The notes beneath the pieces were generated by a model, which was given only the letters and a program-made list of their open reading frames with translations, searched no databases and was not told the origin of the DNA. A program made the translations under genes and the position numbers. From Clostridia bacterium (GTDB taxonomy: Bacteria; Bacillota; Clostridia; Oscillospirales; CAG-272), in contig JAFXFN010000006.1 in the NCBI GenBank assembly GCA_017520505.1, positions 104,091 to 168,090 of the forward strand: a stretch of 64,000 nt of DNA, read 5' to 3'. This document shows, piece after piece, positions 45,019-54,849 of this stretch. Position 1 is the stretch's first letter; the number at the start of each line of letters is the position of its first letter.

Positions 45019-47721
45019 TTATCTTTTTACTTCTTCCATTATATACGCTTCGAGTATATCACCTTCGCGTATATCGTTGAACTTTTCAAGTCCGACACCG
45101 CATTCGTATCCTGTTGCGACCTCACGCACGTCATCCTTGAAACGGCGAAGTGATGATATCTTATCCTCAAATATGATGACGCCGTCACGTACGACACGGA
45201 TGAGCGATGCACGTGTGATCTTACCGTCCTGAACGTAAGAACCTGCGATAGTACCGACGTTGGGAACGTGGATGGTCTGACGTACTTCAGCGTGACCAAG
45301 AACAACTTCCTTGTATGTGGGAGCAAGCATACCCTTCATAGCAGCCGTTATCTCCTCGATACATTCATAGATGATTCTGTATGTTCTGATATCAACGCCC
45401 TCACGCTCAGCGGAATCCATTGCCGCCTTATCGGGACGAACGTTAAAGCCGATGATGATGGCATTTGATGCCGCCGCAAGCATAACGTCACCCTCTCTGA
45501 TACCGCCAGCGGCAGAGTGGATAACATTGACCTTGACTTCGTCATTAGTAAGCTTGAGAAGTGAAGCGGAAACTGCCTCAGCAGAGCCTGCAACGTCAGC
45601 CTTAATGATAACGTTGAGGTGTTTAACATCATCGCTGATATTTGCAAACATTTCTTCAAGCGAGCCACGGGATTTAGCCTTGAATTCCTGTTCCTTTTCC
45701 TTTTCCCTACGCTGTTCGGCAAGCTCACGTGCCATTCTTTCGTCTTCAACTGCGTTGAATTCATCACCTGCTGTGGGAACAGCGGAAAGACCAGTGATCT
45801 CAACGGGAACTGACGGGCCTGCAACCTTTACGTTCTTGCCGAGTGAGTCTGTCATAGCACGGACACGGCCGACACAAGTACCTGCAATAACAACGTCACC
45901 GCTGTGAAGCGTACCGTTCTGAACGAGGACTGTTGCAACGGGACCTCTGCCCTTGTCAAGTCTTGACTCGATGATAACGCCCTTTGCGTGGCGGTCGGGA
46001 TTTGCTTTAAGCTCCTTCATTTCGGCAACCAAAAGCACCATTTCAAGCAGGTTGTCAATGCCGTAGCCTGTAAGTGCGGAAACGGGCACAACTATCGTGT
46101 CACCGCCCCATTCCTCGGGCATAAGGTCGTACTTTGTAAGCTCCTGCTTAACAGCATCGGGATTAGCGTGCTGTTTATCCATTTTGTTAATTGCAACGAT
46201 GACTGAAATATCAGCCGCCTTTGCGTGGTTTATAGCCTCTATCGTCTGGGGCATTATACCGTCATCAGCCGCAACGACGAGAATTGCAATATCCGTTGAT
46301 TTAGCACCTCTTGCACGCATAGCTGTAAACGCTTCGTGTCCGGGTGTATCAAGGAACGTTATATCTTTACCGTTTATAGATACTCTGTAAGCACCGATAT
46401 GCTGTGTGATACCGCCTGCTTCTCCGCTTGTAACGTGTGTATTTCTTATCTTGTCAAGAAGCGACGTTTTACCGTGGTCAACGTGACCCATTACGCATAC
46501 AACGGGAGGTCTTTCAACGAGATCCTCTTCTTTATCCTCTGTATCTGTAAACAGCTTTTCTTCAATAGTTACAACGACTTCCTTCGTAACCACAGCACCC
46601 ATTTCCTCTGCAACGAGGTATGCTGTGTCAAAGTCGATAACGTCATTGACCGTTACCATAGCACCCATGCCGATAAGCTTTTTGATAACGTCAGCAGACG
46701 TTGCCTTGAGTCTTTGAGCGAGGTCAGAAACGACTATTTCATCGGGAACAGTAATGTGAAGCGGCTGTTTCTTAGCCTTTTCAAACTGCTCACGGCGGAG
46801 CTTTTCCATAGCAAACTTTTCTTTATCACGGTTCTTTGCGCTTCTGTCGCCCTGATTCTTCTTTTTCAGCTTCTGCTTCTGATTGTGAGCGTCGCCGTAG
46901 CTTCCCTTTGAATCGGAAACGAAGTTTTCAAGTCTTTCGTCGTACTTGTCAAGATCGACCGTTACAGTTCTTGTATCAATTACTCTTGTGCCCGTTTTTA
47001 CGTTTGAATTTGATGCGTGTGTATTTTCACCTGTGCCCGATGTGCGGATAACACCTGCTCTTGTATCCTGCGCAGGCGCCTGCGGCTTTTTCTTTTCTGC
47101 AGGCTTATTGTTCTGCTGAGGCTGTGAGGGTCTGTTCTGGAACTTGTCAAGCTGTGACATACGGGGCTGCTTAGGCTGTTGGGGAGCATTGTTCTTTGCA
47201 GGAGCCTGCTGATTTTTGTTCTGCTTATCGAAGGGCTTTTCTTCCTTTTTAGCCTGAGTCTTTTCGGGCTTTGCAGGTGCACTTTCGGGCTTCTTCTCCT
47301 GAGGCTTTGCCTTTTCTTCCTTTTTCTCTTCAACCTTTTCGGACTTCTTTTCTGCCTTTACAGGCTCGCTCTTAACAGGCTTTTCTTCCTTTGCTGCTGC
47401 GGGCTTTTCTTCTTTCTTAGGCTCTGCCTTGGGTTCTTCCTTAGGTGCTTCTGCCTTCTTTTCAGCTTTTGCGGGAGCCTTCTTTTTGGGACGGTCAGCC
47501 TCTGCCACATCCGCTTCTCCTGCAAGATATGCGGAAAGATTTGTTATCTGATTCTGCTTTGTCAAAAGCTCCATTATAACAGAAAACTCTTCCGGTTCAA
47601 GCACCGTCATATGAGTTCTGCCGTCAAAGCCGTTATCCTTCAAAAGATTGATAATGTCAGTGCTTTTCATATTGAGATCTTTTGCAAGTGCGCTGATTCT
47701 GTATTTTTGATTTGCTATCAT
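45019..47721 (-). CDS. infB: Translation initiation factor IF-2
   Basis: Lys/Glu/Pro/Ala-rich N-terminal region, GTPase motifs [13 protein letters not shown] and NKMD, 900 aa, downstream of nusA-ylxR-ylxQ. Confidence 0.95.
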   Translation of the reverse strand: MIANQKYRISALAKDLNMKSTDIINLLKDNGFDGRTHMTVLEPEEFSVIMELLTKQNQITNLSAYLAGEADVAEADRPKKKAPAKAEKKAEAPKEEPKAEPKKEEKPAAAKEEKPVKSEPVKAEKKSEKVEEKKEEKAKPQEKKPESAPAKPEKTQAKKEEKPFDKQNKNQQAPAKNNAPQQPKQPRMSQLDKFQNRPSQPQQNNKPAEKKKPQAPAQDTRAGVIRTSGTGENTHASNSNVKTGTRVIDTRTVTVDLDKYDERLENFVSDSKGSYGDAHNQKQKLKKKNQGDRSAKNRDKEKFAMEKLRREQFEKAKKQPLHITVPDEIVVSDLAQRLKATSADVIKKLIGMGAMVTVNDVIDFDTAYLVAEEMGAVVTKEVVVTIEEKLFTDTEDKEEDLVERPPVVCVMGHVDHGKTSLLDKIRNTHVTSGEAGGITQHIGAYRVSINGKDITFLDTPGHEAFTAMRARGAKSTDIAILVVAADDGIMPQTIEAINHAKAADISVIVAINKMDKQHANPDAVKQELTKYDLMPEEWGGDTIVVPVSALTGYGIDNLLEMVLLVAEMKELKANPDRHAKGVIIESRLDKGRGPVATVLVQNGTLHSGDVVIAGTCVGRVRAMTDSLGKNVKVAGPSVPVEITGLSAVPTAGDEFNAVEDERMARELAEQRREKEKEQEFKAKSRGSLEEMFANISDDVKHLNVIIKADVAGSAEAVSASLLKLTNDEVKVNVIHSAAGGIREGDVMLAAASNAIIIGFNVRPDKAAMDSAEREGVDIRTYRIIYECIEEITAAMKGMLAPTYKEVVLGHAEVRQTIHVPNVGTIAGSYVQDGKITRASLIRVVRDGVIIFEDKISSLRRFKDDVREVATGYECGVGLEKFNDIREGDILEAYIMEEVKR

Positions 47722-47789
47722 ACAATAACCTTTAAAGCTTGCGTTACGGACCGCATGCTTTTCCTTTCATTACGGTTAAAATGTTATTC

Positions 47790-48128
47790 TTAATTAAAAT
47801 ATTTCAAAATTGCATCTGCCAGGTTCATATCGGTTATACCGACAACTGACACAGCAGTTCCCTTGCCGACGATATTTCCAAGCTCCTCACAGGTTATGGG
47901 AGCCTTAACAAGCGGAACCTCGTAGTAATTACAGCTGTTTTCTATCCTGCTTTTTGTGTTTTTCGATGCATCAGAGGCGCAAACCGCAACAAGCGGTGTT
48001 TTTCTTCCGCCCGAGCGTATACCGTCAACCGTCAGCGCCGAGCCTACTGTGATCCTGCCCGACTTTTTGGCAAATCCGATATAAGCGGTCAGCTTTTTTG
48101 CCGCCTCTGTACTGTTGTCTTTTTTCAT
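47790..48128 (-). CDS. ylxQ: L7Ae-family RNA-binding protein (YlxQ-like)
   Basis: 112 aa, GFAKKSGRITVGS motif, in the conserved position between ylxR and infB. Confidence 0.7.
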   Translation of the reverse strand: MKKDNSTEAAKKLTAYIGFAKKSGRITVGSALTVDGIRSGGRKTPLVAVCASDASKNTKSRIENSCNYYEVPLVKAPITCEELGNIVGKGTAVSVVGITDMNLADAILKYFN

Positions 48129-48415
48129 TGTGCTTCCCCTTTTGAATCACTTTCAAGAAGCTGTGCTTCAAGTGCTGTATATATGTCGTCCGAAATCTCA
48201 CATTCAAGCGCTCTTTCTATTCTTTTGCCCTTTCGTGCTTTTTTCAGGCACGAAATATTTTGACATATATATGCGCCTCTTCCCGACTTTTTACCTTTAA
48301 GGTCAAGTGAAATTTCACCATCGGGAGCACGCACGACTCTTATAAGCTCGCTTTTATTTCGGCTTTCCATACAGCCCATACATTTTCTCTGGGGTATCTT
48401 CTTCGGTGCTTTCAT
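48125..48415 (-). CDS. ylxR: YlxR/DUF448 RNA-binding protein
   Basis: RKCMGCMESRNKSELIRVV and GRGAYIC are typical of YlxR. It overlaps ylxQ by 4 nt. Confidence 0.8.
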   Translation of the reverse strand: MKAPKKIPQRKCMGCMESRNKSELIRVVRAPDGEISLDLKGKKSGRGAYICQNISCLKKARKGKRIERALECEISDDIYTALEAQLLESDSKGEAQ

Positions 48416-48416
48416 A

Positions 48417-49493
48417 TTATTCGGGTTTTATATCTATCTTGAAGCCTGTAAGACGTGCCGCAAGTCTTGCGTTCTGTCCTTCCTTACCGATAGCAAGCGA
48501 GAGCTGATCGGGAGCAACAGTCACTCTCGCTGTTTTTTCGTCATCAATATAGATGCTCTTTACAACTGCGGGAGAAAGTGCTGCGGAGATATACTCCTCG
48601 GGTGTTTCGCTGTATTTGATAACGTCGATCTTTTCGCCCTTAAGCTCGTCAACAATGCCTGCAATTCTTGCGCCTCTGTTACCGATACAAGCGCCGATGG
48701 GATCAACGCTTTCATTGCGTGAGTAAACTGCCATCTTTGTTCTTGAACCTGCTTCACGGCTTATGTTCTTGATGATAACAGTACCGTCTGCAATTTCGGG
48801 AACTTCAAGCTCAAACAAGCGCTTAACAAGTCCGGGGTGAACACGGGAGATAGTAACAACTCTGCCGCGTGATGGCTTCTTTTCCTCAGCACCCTCTTCG
48901 GGCTTGGGATCGTGATTTACCTCTGTTACAAACACCTTGACAAGATCGCCCGCCTTGAATGTTTCGCCGGGGATCTGTTCAGCCTTTGTGAGTGCGACCT
49001 CACTTGTACCTGTATTAACGATAACAGCACCGGAAGCAAGCTCTGTTGCAACAACTGTTGCAGTCATAATTTCTTCCTTCTTGTTTTCGTATTCCTTTAT
49101 AAGCATTCCTCTTTCAGCTTCTCTGATACCCTGAATGATGACCTGCTTTGCTATCTGCGCACTCGTTCTGCTGAATTCCTTTGTCTTTATCTCAAGCTCA
49201 ATTACTGTACCGAGCTTATGTCTTTTACTGATCTTTTTTGCATCCTCAAGAGAAATTTCGCTCTGCTCGTCAATAACCTCATCAACAACTGTGAGAACTC
49301 TGAAAAGTCTGCATTCTTTCGTTTCGGGATCAAGCACGACCTTTACGTTTGTGCTGTTTGAATACGCCTTCTTGTATGCGCTCACAAGAGCCGCCGACAA
49401 GCGTTCAAGCATATAATCCTTGGGTATTCCTCTTTCCTTCTGAAGATCGTCAAGCGCATCGAACAGCGCCGCATTTTCCTTTGCCTTCGCCAT
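48417..49493 (-). CDS. nusA: Transcription termination/antitermination factor NusA
   Basis: N-terminal domain, then S1 and two KH modules (ACIGNRGARI, AIGKEGQNARLAARLTG), in conserved operon context. Confidence 0.95.
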   Translation of the reverse strand: MAKAKENAALFDALDDLQKERGIPKDYMLERLSAALVSAYKKAYSNSTNVKVVLDPETKECRLFRVLTVVDEVIDEQSEISLEDAKKISKRHKLGTVIELEIKTKEFSRTSAQIAKQVIIQGIREAERGMLIKEYENKKEEIMTATVVATELASGAVIVNTGTSEVALTKAEQIPGETFKAGDLVKVFVTEVNHDPKPEEGAEEKKPSRGRVVTISRVHPGLVKRLFELEVPEIADGTVIIKNISREAGSRTKMAVYSRNESVDPIGACIGNRGARIAGIVDELKGEKIDVIKYSETPEEYISAALSPAVVKSIYIDDEKTARVTVAPDQLSLAIGKEGQNARLAARLTGFKIDIKPE

Positions 49494-49530
49494 TTTTTTC
49501 CGTTATCCTCCTTGATATTTTTTCAGTAAA

Positions 49531-50001
49531 TTATATATTGGTAAAATCGAAATAAATATTTGCCTTTGCAATCTCAACGGCGGGTATCTCCATTTTCTTT
49601 CCCGCACAGTCGATAACAGCGTTTTCATCATAGCTTACAAGCTCACCGACGAACGTTTTCTGTCCGTCAAGAGGCTTATACAGCTTTATCTGCACCGTCT
49701 GACCTATCGCAGCGTTGAAGTGCCAATTATATTTCAGCTCCCTTTCAATGCCGGGAGATGACACCTCAAGAGTATATGCATCTTCAATGGGATCTGCTTC
49801 TTCGATAAGAACATCGACTGCCCTATGGAATTTTTCACAGTCCTCAATGCCGATACCGCCCTCTTTATCGATAGTAAAGCGCAGTATCATTTTGCCGCCC
49901 TCTTTAACGTACTCAATGTCCCAGATGATATATCCAAGCTCCTCGGCAAGAGGGGAAGCAAATTCGGTCACGGTCTGAATAATACTTTTTTTACTCTTCA
50001 T
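49531..50001 (-). CDS. rimP: Ribosome maturation factor RimP
   Basis: 156 aa, LEVSSPGIEREL motif, immediately upstream of nusA. Confidence 0.9.
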   Translation of the reverse strand: MKSKKSIIQTVTEFASPLAEELGYIIWDIEYVKEGGKMILRFTIDKEGGIGIEDCEKFHRAVDVLIEEADPIEDAYTLEVSSPGIERELKYNWHFNAAIGQTVQIKLYKPLDGQKTFVGELVSYDENAVIDCAGKKMEIPAVEIAKANIYFDFTNI

Positions 50002-50035
50002 ATTACCTCACTAAGCTGAATTGCTTTTATAAAAA

Positions 50036-50066
50036 GTTCAGAGGTGCTGTTTTTTCAGCACCTCCG
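50036..50066 (-). promoter_or_regulatory. Terminator-like hairpin in the rimP-nusA-infB leader (candidate attenuator)
   Basis: GAGGTGCTG/CAGCACCTC stem followed on the minus strand by a T-rich stretch. It lies between the predicted promoter (50087-50115) and the rimP ATG (50001). Confidence 0.45.
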
Positions 50067-50086
50067 TTCTTCATTTTACTTCGGTT

Positions 50087-50115
50087 ATTATACCACATTA
50101 TTTTCCGTTTGTCAA
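50087..50115 (-). promoter_or_regulatory. Sigma-A type promoter of the rimP operon (TTGACA-17 nt-TATAAT on the minus strand)
   Basis: The rc of 50110-50115 is TTGACA and the rc of 50087-50092 is TATAAT. Confidence 0.55.
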
Positions 50116-50271
50116 TAGATAAATAAATATTTCTCAAATATGTATTAATTAGCGCCAAAACAAACTATCCAACGATTACTTGAATTACAAACAATGAATT
50201 GATAATTGCTTTTACACATATATGTGCTATAATACAGTTACACCGGTGAAATAAATTTTGGAGGTGCTTTT

Positions 50272-51432
50272 ATGCAACTTGAATTAGGACAAAGAATACG
50301 TAAGCTTCGCCAACGTGACGGACGCACACAAGAGGCACTCGCCGAAGCTATAGGCGTGACATCTCAAGCAGTTTCAAGATGGGAATCAAACGGCGGATAT
50401 CCCGACATAGAGATGATACCCTCTATTGCAAATTATTTCGGTATTACTATTGATGAGCTGTTTGGATATAACAATGATCGTGATAAAAAAATCACCGCAA
50501 TTATACAAAAAATCGAAAAATATGATATCAAGCACAGCAACGACGGAGCTTGGGTGGAGGAATGCATCGCAATATTGCGAAACGGTCTTGCAGAATTTCC
50601 AAACAACGAACAATTGCTTATTACACTTACCGATACACTTTGGGAGGCGGGATGGCGAAGGCATCACGGTTGGCTTTATTACGATGATGAAGGATTTATC
50701 CAATATCACTATGACACTCATAAGAAAAATGAGTATTGGGCTGAATGTATCAAAGTATGCGAGTATCTCGTTGAAAGCACAAAAGACAATTCGGTCTTTA
50801 CACAAGCAATAGCAATACTTGTTCCCCTGCATAGAAATTACGGCGAATTTGACAAAGCTATCGCTTATGCTAAGCGGATGCCTAAATTACAGCAATCACA
50901 GGAATTTTTACTGACAGAAGCCACCGACGGTAAGCTCAGCTCGGAATATATCGGCGAGTTTCTTTTGGAATGTGCAAGACAATTTTCCGAACAGCTCGTT
51001 TATGCACTTATTGCGGACATCAGAAATTTCGATACCGATATGCCCATTGAAAAAATCAAGGGTGCTATAGCCGTTTTCGATTTGATATGCGACGACGGAA
51101 ACATGGGAATACATCACGATTTTATAAGCAAACTTTATTTGTATCTTTCAAGATTACAATGGGAAAGAAAATATCACGACGACGCATTCGCATCTCTTTA
51201 CAAAGCACTTGATCACGCAAGGGCGTTTGAAAATTTGTTTGATGAAAAAGAACACCGATTAACAGCTCCGCTTGTTTCGCATGTGAAGTATGACATAAAA
51301 GAGAAACGCGAAATCGTTAAATCTTTGCCCGAAGATTGGCCGTTTTGGTGTAATCCCGATTTTACAAACATAAAGTCAGAAATACAAGACGATCCTCGTT
51401 GGGGTGAATGGTTGGCAAAAATAAACGAATAA
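50272..51432 (+). CDS. XRE-family HTH transcriptional regulator with a long helical-repeat (TPR-like) C-terminal domain
   Basis: N-terminal LGQRIRKLRQRDGRTQEALAEAIGVTSQAVSRWESN is an HTH_3 domain. It is followed by about 310 aa of helical repeat-like sequence. GGAGGTG RBS. Confidence 0.75.
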   Translation: MQLELGQRIRKLRQRDGRTQEALAEAIGVTSQAVSRWESNGGYPDIEMIPSIANYFGITIDELFGYNNDRDKKITAIIQKIEKYDIKHSNDGAWVEECIAILRNGLAEFPNNEQLLITLTDTLWEAGWRRHHGWLYYDDEGFIQYHYDTHKKNEYWAECIKVCEYLVESTKDNSVFTQAIAILVPLHRNYGEFDKAIAYAKRMPKLQQSQEFLLTEATDGKLSSEYIGEFLLECARQFSEQLVYALIADIRNFDTDMPIEKIKGAIAVFDLICDDGNMGIHHDFISKLYLYLSRLQWERKYHDDAFASLYKALDHARAFENLFDEKEHRLTAPLVSHVKYDIKEKREIVKSLPEDWPFWCNPDFTNIKSEIQDDPRWGEWLAKINE

Positions 51433-51544
51433 AATTTTAAATATAGGTCAAATTTGCGAAAATCATCTAAACGACCCAATTTTTAAGCGATTGTATTCAA
51501 ATCACCTTTTTTATCCCGCAAATAAAATATTTTCGTATATTGTA

Positions 51545-51573
51545 TTGCATTTTGCGATACAATATGGTATACT
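51545..51573 (+). promoter_or_regulatory. Promoter (TTGCAT-17 nt-TATACT) with ATACAATAT operator repeats for the DinJ/ParE operon
   Basis: ATACAATAT occurs at 51557-51565 and 51591-51599, with its inverted copy ATATTGTAT at 51537-51545. GGTATAC occurs at 51566-51572 and 51588-51594. Confidence 0.5.
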
Positions 51574-51597
51574 TGTAACGGAAAGGTGGTATACAAT

Positions 51598-51894
51598 ATG
51601 TCAACAAAAACCGCAAATGTAACAGCACGTATTCAACCGGAAATTAAGCAGCAAGCTGAAAAAGTGTTGGAACAGCTTGGAATCCCTGTATCTGTTTTGA
51701 TAGATTCACTCTACCGACAAATCATCATGACAAACAGTATTCCGTACTCGTTTTCCGTTCCATCGCTGCAAACACGTGACACAATGACCGCTGTACAATT
51801 CGATGAAATCATGTCAAATGGACTTTCCGAAGCCAAAAACGGACTCGGCATGAGCATCGATGAAGCTTTTGATAAAATCAATCAAAGCATATGA
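51598..51894 (+). CDS. Type II antitoxin, RelB/DinJ family
   Basis: MSTKTANVTARIQPEIKQQAEKVLEQLGIPVSVLIDSLYRQI is a ribbon-helix-helix of DinJ type. Its stop overlaps the toxin start (ATGA). Confidence 0.8.
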   Translation: MSTKTANVTARIQPEIKQQAEKVLEQLGIPVSVLIDSLYRQIIMTNSIPYSFSVPSLQTRDTMTAVQFDEIMSNGLSEAKNGLGMSIDEAFDKINQSI

Positions 51895-52226
51895 GTGCAA
51901 AATACAGCGTAAAACTGACCGACACCGCAATTGAACAATTACGTGAGGTTTTTGCATACATATCAAAAATCCTTCGTGAACCGGAAATTGCACGGAATTG
52001 GTCAAACAAAATCCAAAAAGATATTTCATCCTTAGAGCATATGCCTTTTCGTTATTCCTTGATAGATGAAGAACCGTGGAAAACGGAAGGAATCCGTAAA
52101 ATGTCATCACGAAATTTCATAATTTATTACTGGATAAATGATTCTACGTCTACAGTATGGGTAACTGCTGTAGTATACAGCAGAAGAGACCAAATTGCAA
52201 TACTTCGCAATATGCCAAAGGAATAA
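51891..52226 (+). CDS. Type II toxin, ParE/RelE superfamily
   Basis: 111 aa with a typical ParE-like layout (A..L.E...YI........A......I......L...P......) and C-terminal VVYSRRD. Translationally coupled to the antitoxin gene. Confidence 0.75.
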   Translation: MSAKYSVKLTDTAIEQLREVFAYISKILREPEIARNWSNKIQKDISSLEHMPFRYSLIDEEPWKTEGIRKMSSRNFIIYYWINDSTSTVWVTAVVYSRRDQIAILRNMPKE

Positions 52227-52232
52227 CCATTT

Positions 52233-52266
52233 AAAACACCACGTTTTTCCGTGGTGTTTTCTTGTT
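52233..52266 (+). terminator. Intrinsic terminator after the toxin gene
   Basis: ACACCACG/CGTGGTGT stem followed by a T-run. Confidence 0.65.
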
Positions 52267-52352
52267 TGAGCTCCATTTTTGTACGGCTTCCTATTGATTT
52301 TTTTGTATTTATATGTATAATATAGTATATAAATTTAAAGGGAATGATATTT

Positions 52353-52817
52353 ATGATTAAGGTTATGTTTGTTTGCTACGGAAACATTTGCCGTTCACCT
52401 ACGGCTGAATTTGTTTTCCGTGATATAGTAAAGAAAAACGGTATGGAAAAGGACTTTGTTATAGCATCGTCCGCCACATCGTCCGAGGAGCTTGGAAATC
52501 CCGTATATTCTCCCTCCAAGGAAGAAATGAAGCGTCACGGTATAGACTGTTCAGGCAAACATGCCGTAAAGCTAAAATCATCGGACTATGACAATTATGA
52601 TCTTTTCGTTGGTATGGACAGTATGAATATACGAAATATGACATCAATTTTAAACGGAGATCCCGACGGTAAGATCAAAAAGCTTATGGATTACACTTCA
52701 AAGGGCGGTGACGTCAGCGACCCGTGGTACACAAGGCGATTTGACATAGCTTATGAGGATATTTTAAACGGCTGTACGGCTTTATTTGAGCATCTTACGA
52801 AAAACGGAGGAAAATAA
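52353..52817 (+). CDS. Low-molecular-weight protein tyrosine phosphatase
   Basis: The VMFVCYGNICRSP motif is the CX5R(S) P-loop, with a DP (SDPWY) general-acid motif. ATG 52353 is preferred because of SD spacing. Confidence 0.85.
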   Translation: MIKVMFVCYGNICRSPTAEFVFRDIVKKNGMEKDFVIASSATSSEELGNPVYSPSKEEMKRHGIDCSGKHAVKLKSSDYDNYDLFVGMDSMNIRNMTSILNGDPDGKIKKLMDYTSKGGDVSDPWYTRRFDIAYEDILNGCTALFEHLTKNGGK

Positions 52818-52819
52818 TT

Positions 52820-53371
52820 ATGAAGCTTATGATAGTGTCCGATATACACGGTTCAGCTTTTTACTGCAAAAAGCTTATCGAAGCGTATAAAAAGGAGGGC
52901 TGTGACAGAATGTTACTTTTGGGCGACATTCTTTATCACGGTCCGAGAAACGATCTGCCGAAGGAATACGCTCCAAAGGAAGTTATTGAAATGCTTAACG
53001 GAATAAAGGAAGAAATATTCTGCGTGCGTGGAAACTGCGACACGGAGGTTGACCAGATGGTGCTTTCTTTCCCCGTTCTTGCCGATTACGCAGTAATTCC
53101 GATGAAAAAAGGACTTATCTACGCAACGCACGGACACGTATACAATAACGGCAAGCTTCCGCCCATTATGAAAAATGACATCCTGCTTCACGGTCACACA
53201 CACGTTCCGGTGTGCGAAAAATTCGATACGCATACGTATATGAATCCCGGTTCTGTGTCTATTCCGAAAGAAAACTCCGCAAACAGCTATATGACCTTTG
53301 ACGGTGAAACATTTTTGTGGAAAACTCTTGACGGGGACGTATATCTTGAATATACACCGGACAATATCTGA
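52820..53371 (+). CDS. YfcE/MJ0936-family metallophosphoesterase
   Basis: MKLMIVSDIHGS, GDILYHG, GNCD and HGHTH metallophosphoesterase motifs. Confidence 0.8.
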   Translation: MKLMIVSDIHGSAFYCKKLIEAYKKEGCDRMLLLGDILYHGPRNDLPKEYAPKEVIEMLNGIKEEIFCVRGNCDTEVDQMVLSFPVLADYAVIPMKKGLIYATHGHVYNNGKLPPIMKNDILLHGHTHVPVCEKFDTHTYMNPGSVSIPKENSANSYMTFDGETFLWKTLDGDVYLEYTPDNI

Positions 53372-53432
53372 GCGTATTAAATAATAGATTTTCGGCAATA
53401 ATCTTCTTAAAATAAAAGTTAAGGAGATTATT

Positions 53433-54650
53433 ATGCCACGTTTTACAATACCGAGAGATATTTATTTCGGCCGTGATTCTTTAAAGGAGCTTGAAAATCT
53501 TAGCGGCTGCCGTGCAATGATATGCACGGGCGGCTCGTCAATGAAGAAATTCGGCTTTCTTGACAAAGCGGCGGAATACTTGAAAAATGCGGGGTTTGAG
53601 GTCGAAATATTCGACGGCATTGAGCCCGATCCCTCTGTAACCACCGTAATGAAGGGTGCTGAGGCAATGATGCGCTTCAAACCCGATTGGATAATTGCAA
53701 TAGGCGGCGGCTCGCCAATCGATGCGGCTAAAGCAATGTGGATAAAATACGAATATCCCGACATATCATTTGACGATATGAAAAAGGTGTTCGGTTTGCC
53801 GAAGCTTCGCATGAAGTCAAAATTCTGTGCTGTGTCGTCAACATCGGGATCCGCCACAGAGGTCACGGCTTTTTCAATAATCACAGATTATGATAAAGGC
53901 ATCAAATACCCTATTGCAGATTACGAAATAACGCCCGACGTTGCAATAGTAGACCCCGAAATTGCCGAAACGATGCCGAAGAAGCTGACAGCTCACACGG
54001 GAATGGATGCGCTCACTCACGCCATTGAAGCATACGTGTCAACTGCCGCAAATCCTTTTACCGATCCTTTGGCGCTTTCTGCCATTGCTATGATAGGAAA
54101 AGACCTTAAAGGCTCGTTTGACGGTGACAGCTTAAAGCGTGAATCCGTACACTATGCACAGTGTCTTGCGGGAATGGCTTTCACAAACGGACTGCTCGGC
54201 ATAGTTCATTCAATGGCTCATAAAACAGGGGCGGCATTTGCCGACTGCGGCTCGCACATAATACACGGCTGTGCGAATGCAATGTATTTACCGAGAGTCA
54301 TTGAGTTCAATTCCAAGGACGAAAGAGCAAAAGCAAGATACTGTATCATCGCTGACACTCTCGGCATATCAGCAGATTCACCGAATGAAAAAATTAAAAA
54401 GCTCACAGAATACCTTGAAGATATGAACAAAGCCCTCGGTATTCCCACCTGCATTAAAAACTGCGGTGCAAACGGGGACATATCAAGCAAAAGCTTTATG
54501 CCGGAGGACATATTTTTAAAGCGTGTTCCCGAAATTGCAAATGAAGCACTTCTTGATGCTTGCACACTTTCAAATCCGAGAAAGATCTCGCAAAGTGAGA
54601 TGGAAAAGCTTCTTGCCTGCTGTTATTACGGCACGCACGTAGATTTTTAA
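53433..54650 (+). CDS. Iron-containing (group III) alcohol dehydrogenase
   Basis: GGGSPIDAAKA nucleotide-binding motif and His-rich metal site (HSMAHKTG), 405 aa. Confidence 0.85.
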   Translation: MPRFTIPRDIYFGRDSLKELENLSGCRAMICTGGSSMKKFGFLDKAAEYLKNAGFEVEIFDGIEPDPSVTTVMKGAEAMMRFKPDWIIAIGGGSPIDAAKAMWIKYEYPDISFDDMKKVFGLPKLRMKSKFCAVSSTSGSATEVTAFSIITDYDKGIKYPIADYEITPDVAIVDPEIAETMPKKLTAHTGMDALTHAIEAYVSTAANPFTDPLALSAIAMIGKDLKGSFDGDSLKRESVHYAQCLAGMAFTNGLLGIVHSMAHKTGAAFADCGSHIIHGCANAMYLPRVIEFNSKDERAKARYCIIADTLGISADSPNEKIKKLTEYLEDMNKALGIPTCIKNCGANGDISSKSFMPEDIFLKRVPEIANEALLDACTLSNPRKISQSEMEKLLACCYYGTHVDF

Positions 54651-54849
54651 TATTTTTACCGCACTTCATTTAGTTTGCTTTTATAAGTTAACGCTCACAA
54701 AGACGCACAAAGAGGCGGTATAAAGCATATTAAAAAATTATAGCCTCATCCGCCTCTTTTAAAATCGCCGTGCGATTTTGAATAGCTCTGCTATTCTGTG
54801 CGTCGGGTGGGCACTTCATATTTTCAGTATTTTCAAGCGGAGAAATAAA

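Noticed and set aside
47050-47520. Repetitive-looking nucleotide tract (AAG/GAA/CCT-rich) considered as a possible tandem repeat or CRISPR-like array
   Set aside because: It encodes the Lys/Glu/Pro/Ala-rich low-complexity N-terminal region of IF-2. No spacer-repeat periodicity is present. The same reasoning applies to the Thr/Glu stalk at 15100-15360.
54700-54765. Hairpin AAGAGGCGG...CCGCCTCTT after the alcohol dehydrogenase gene, considered as a possible regulatory RNA
   Set aside because: The simplest reading is the alcohol dehydrogenase intrinsic terminator with a large loop followed by a T-run. I saw no additional conserved structure.
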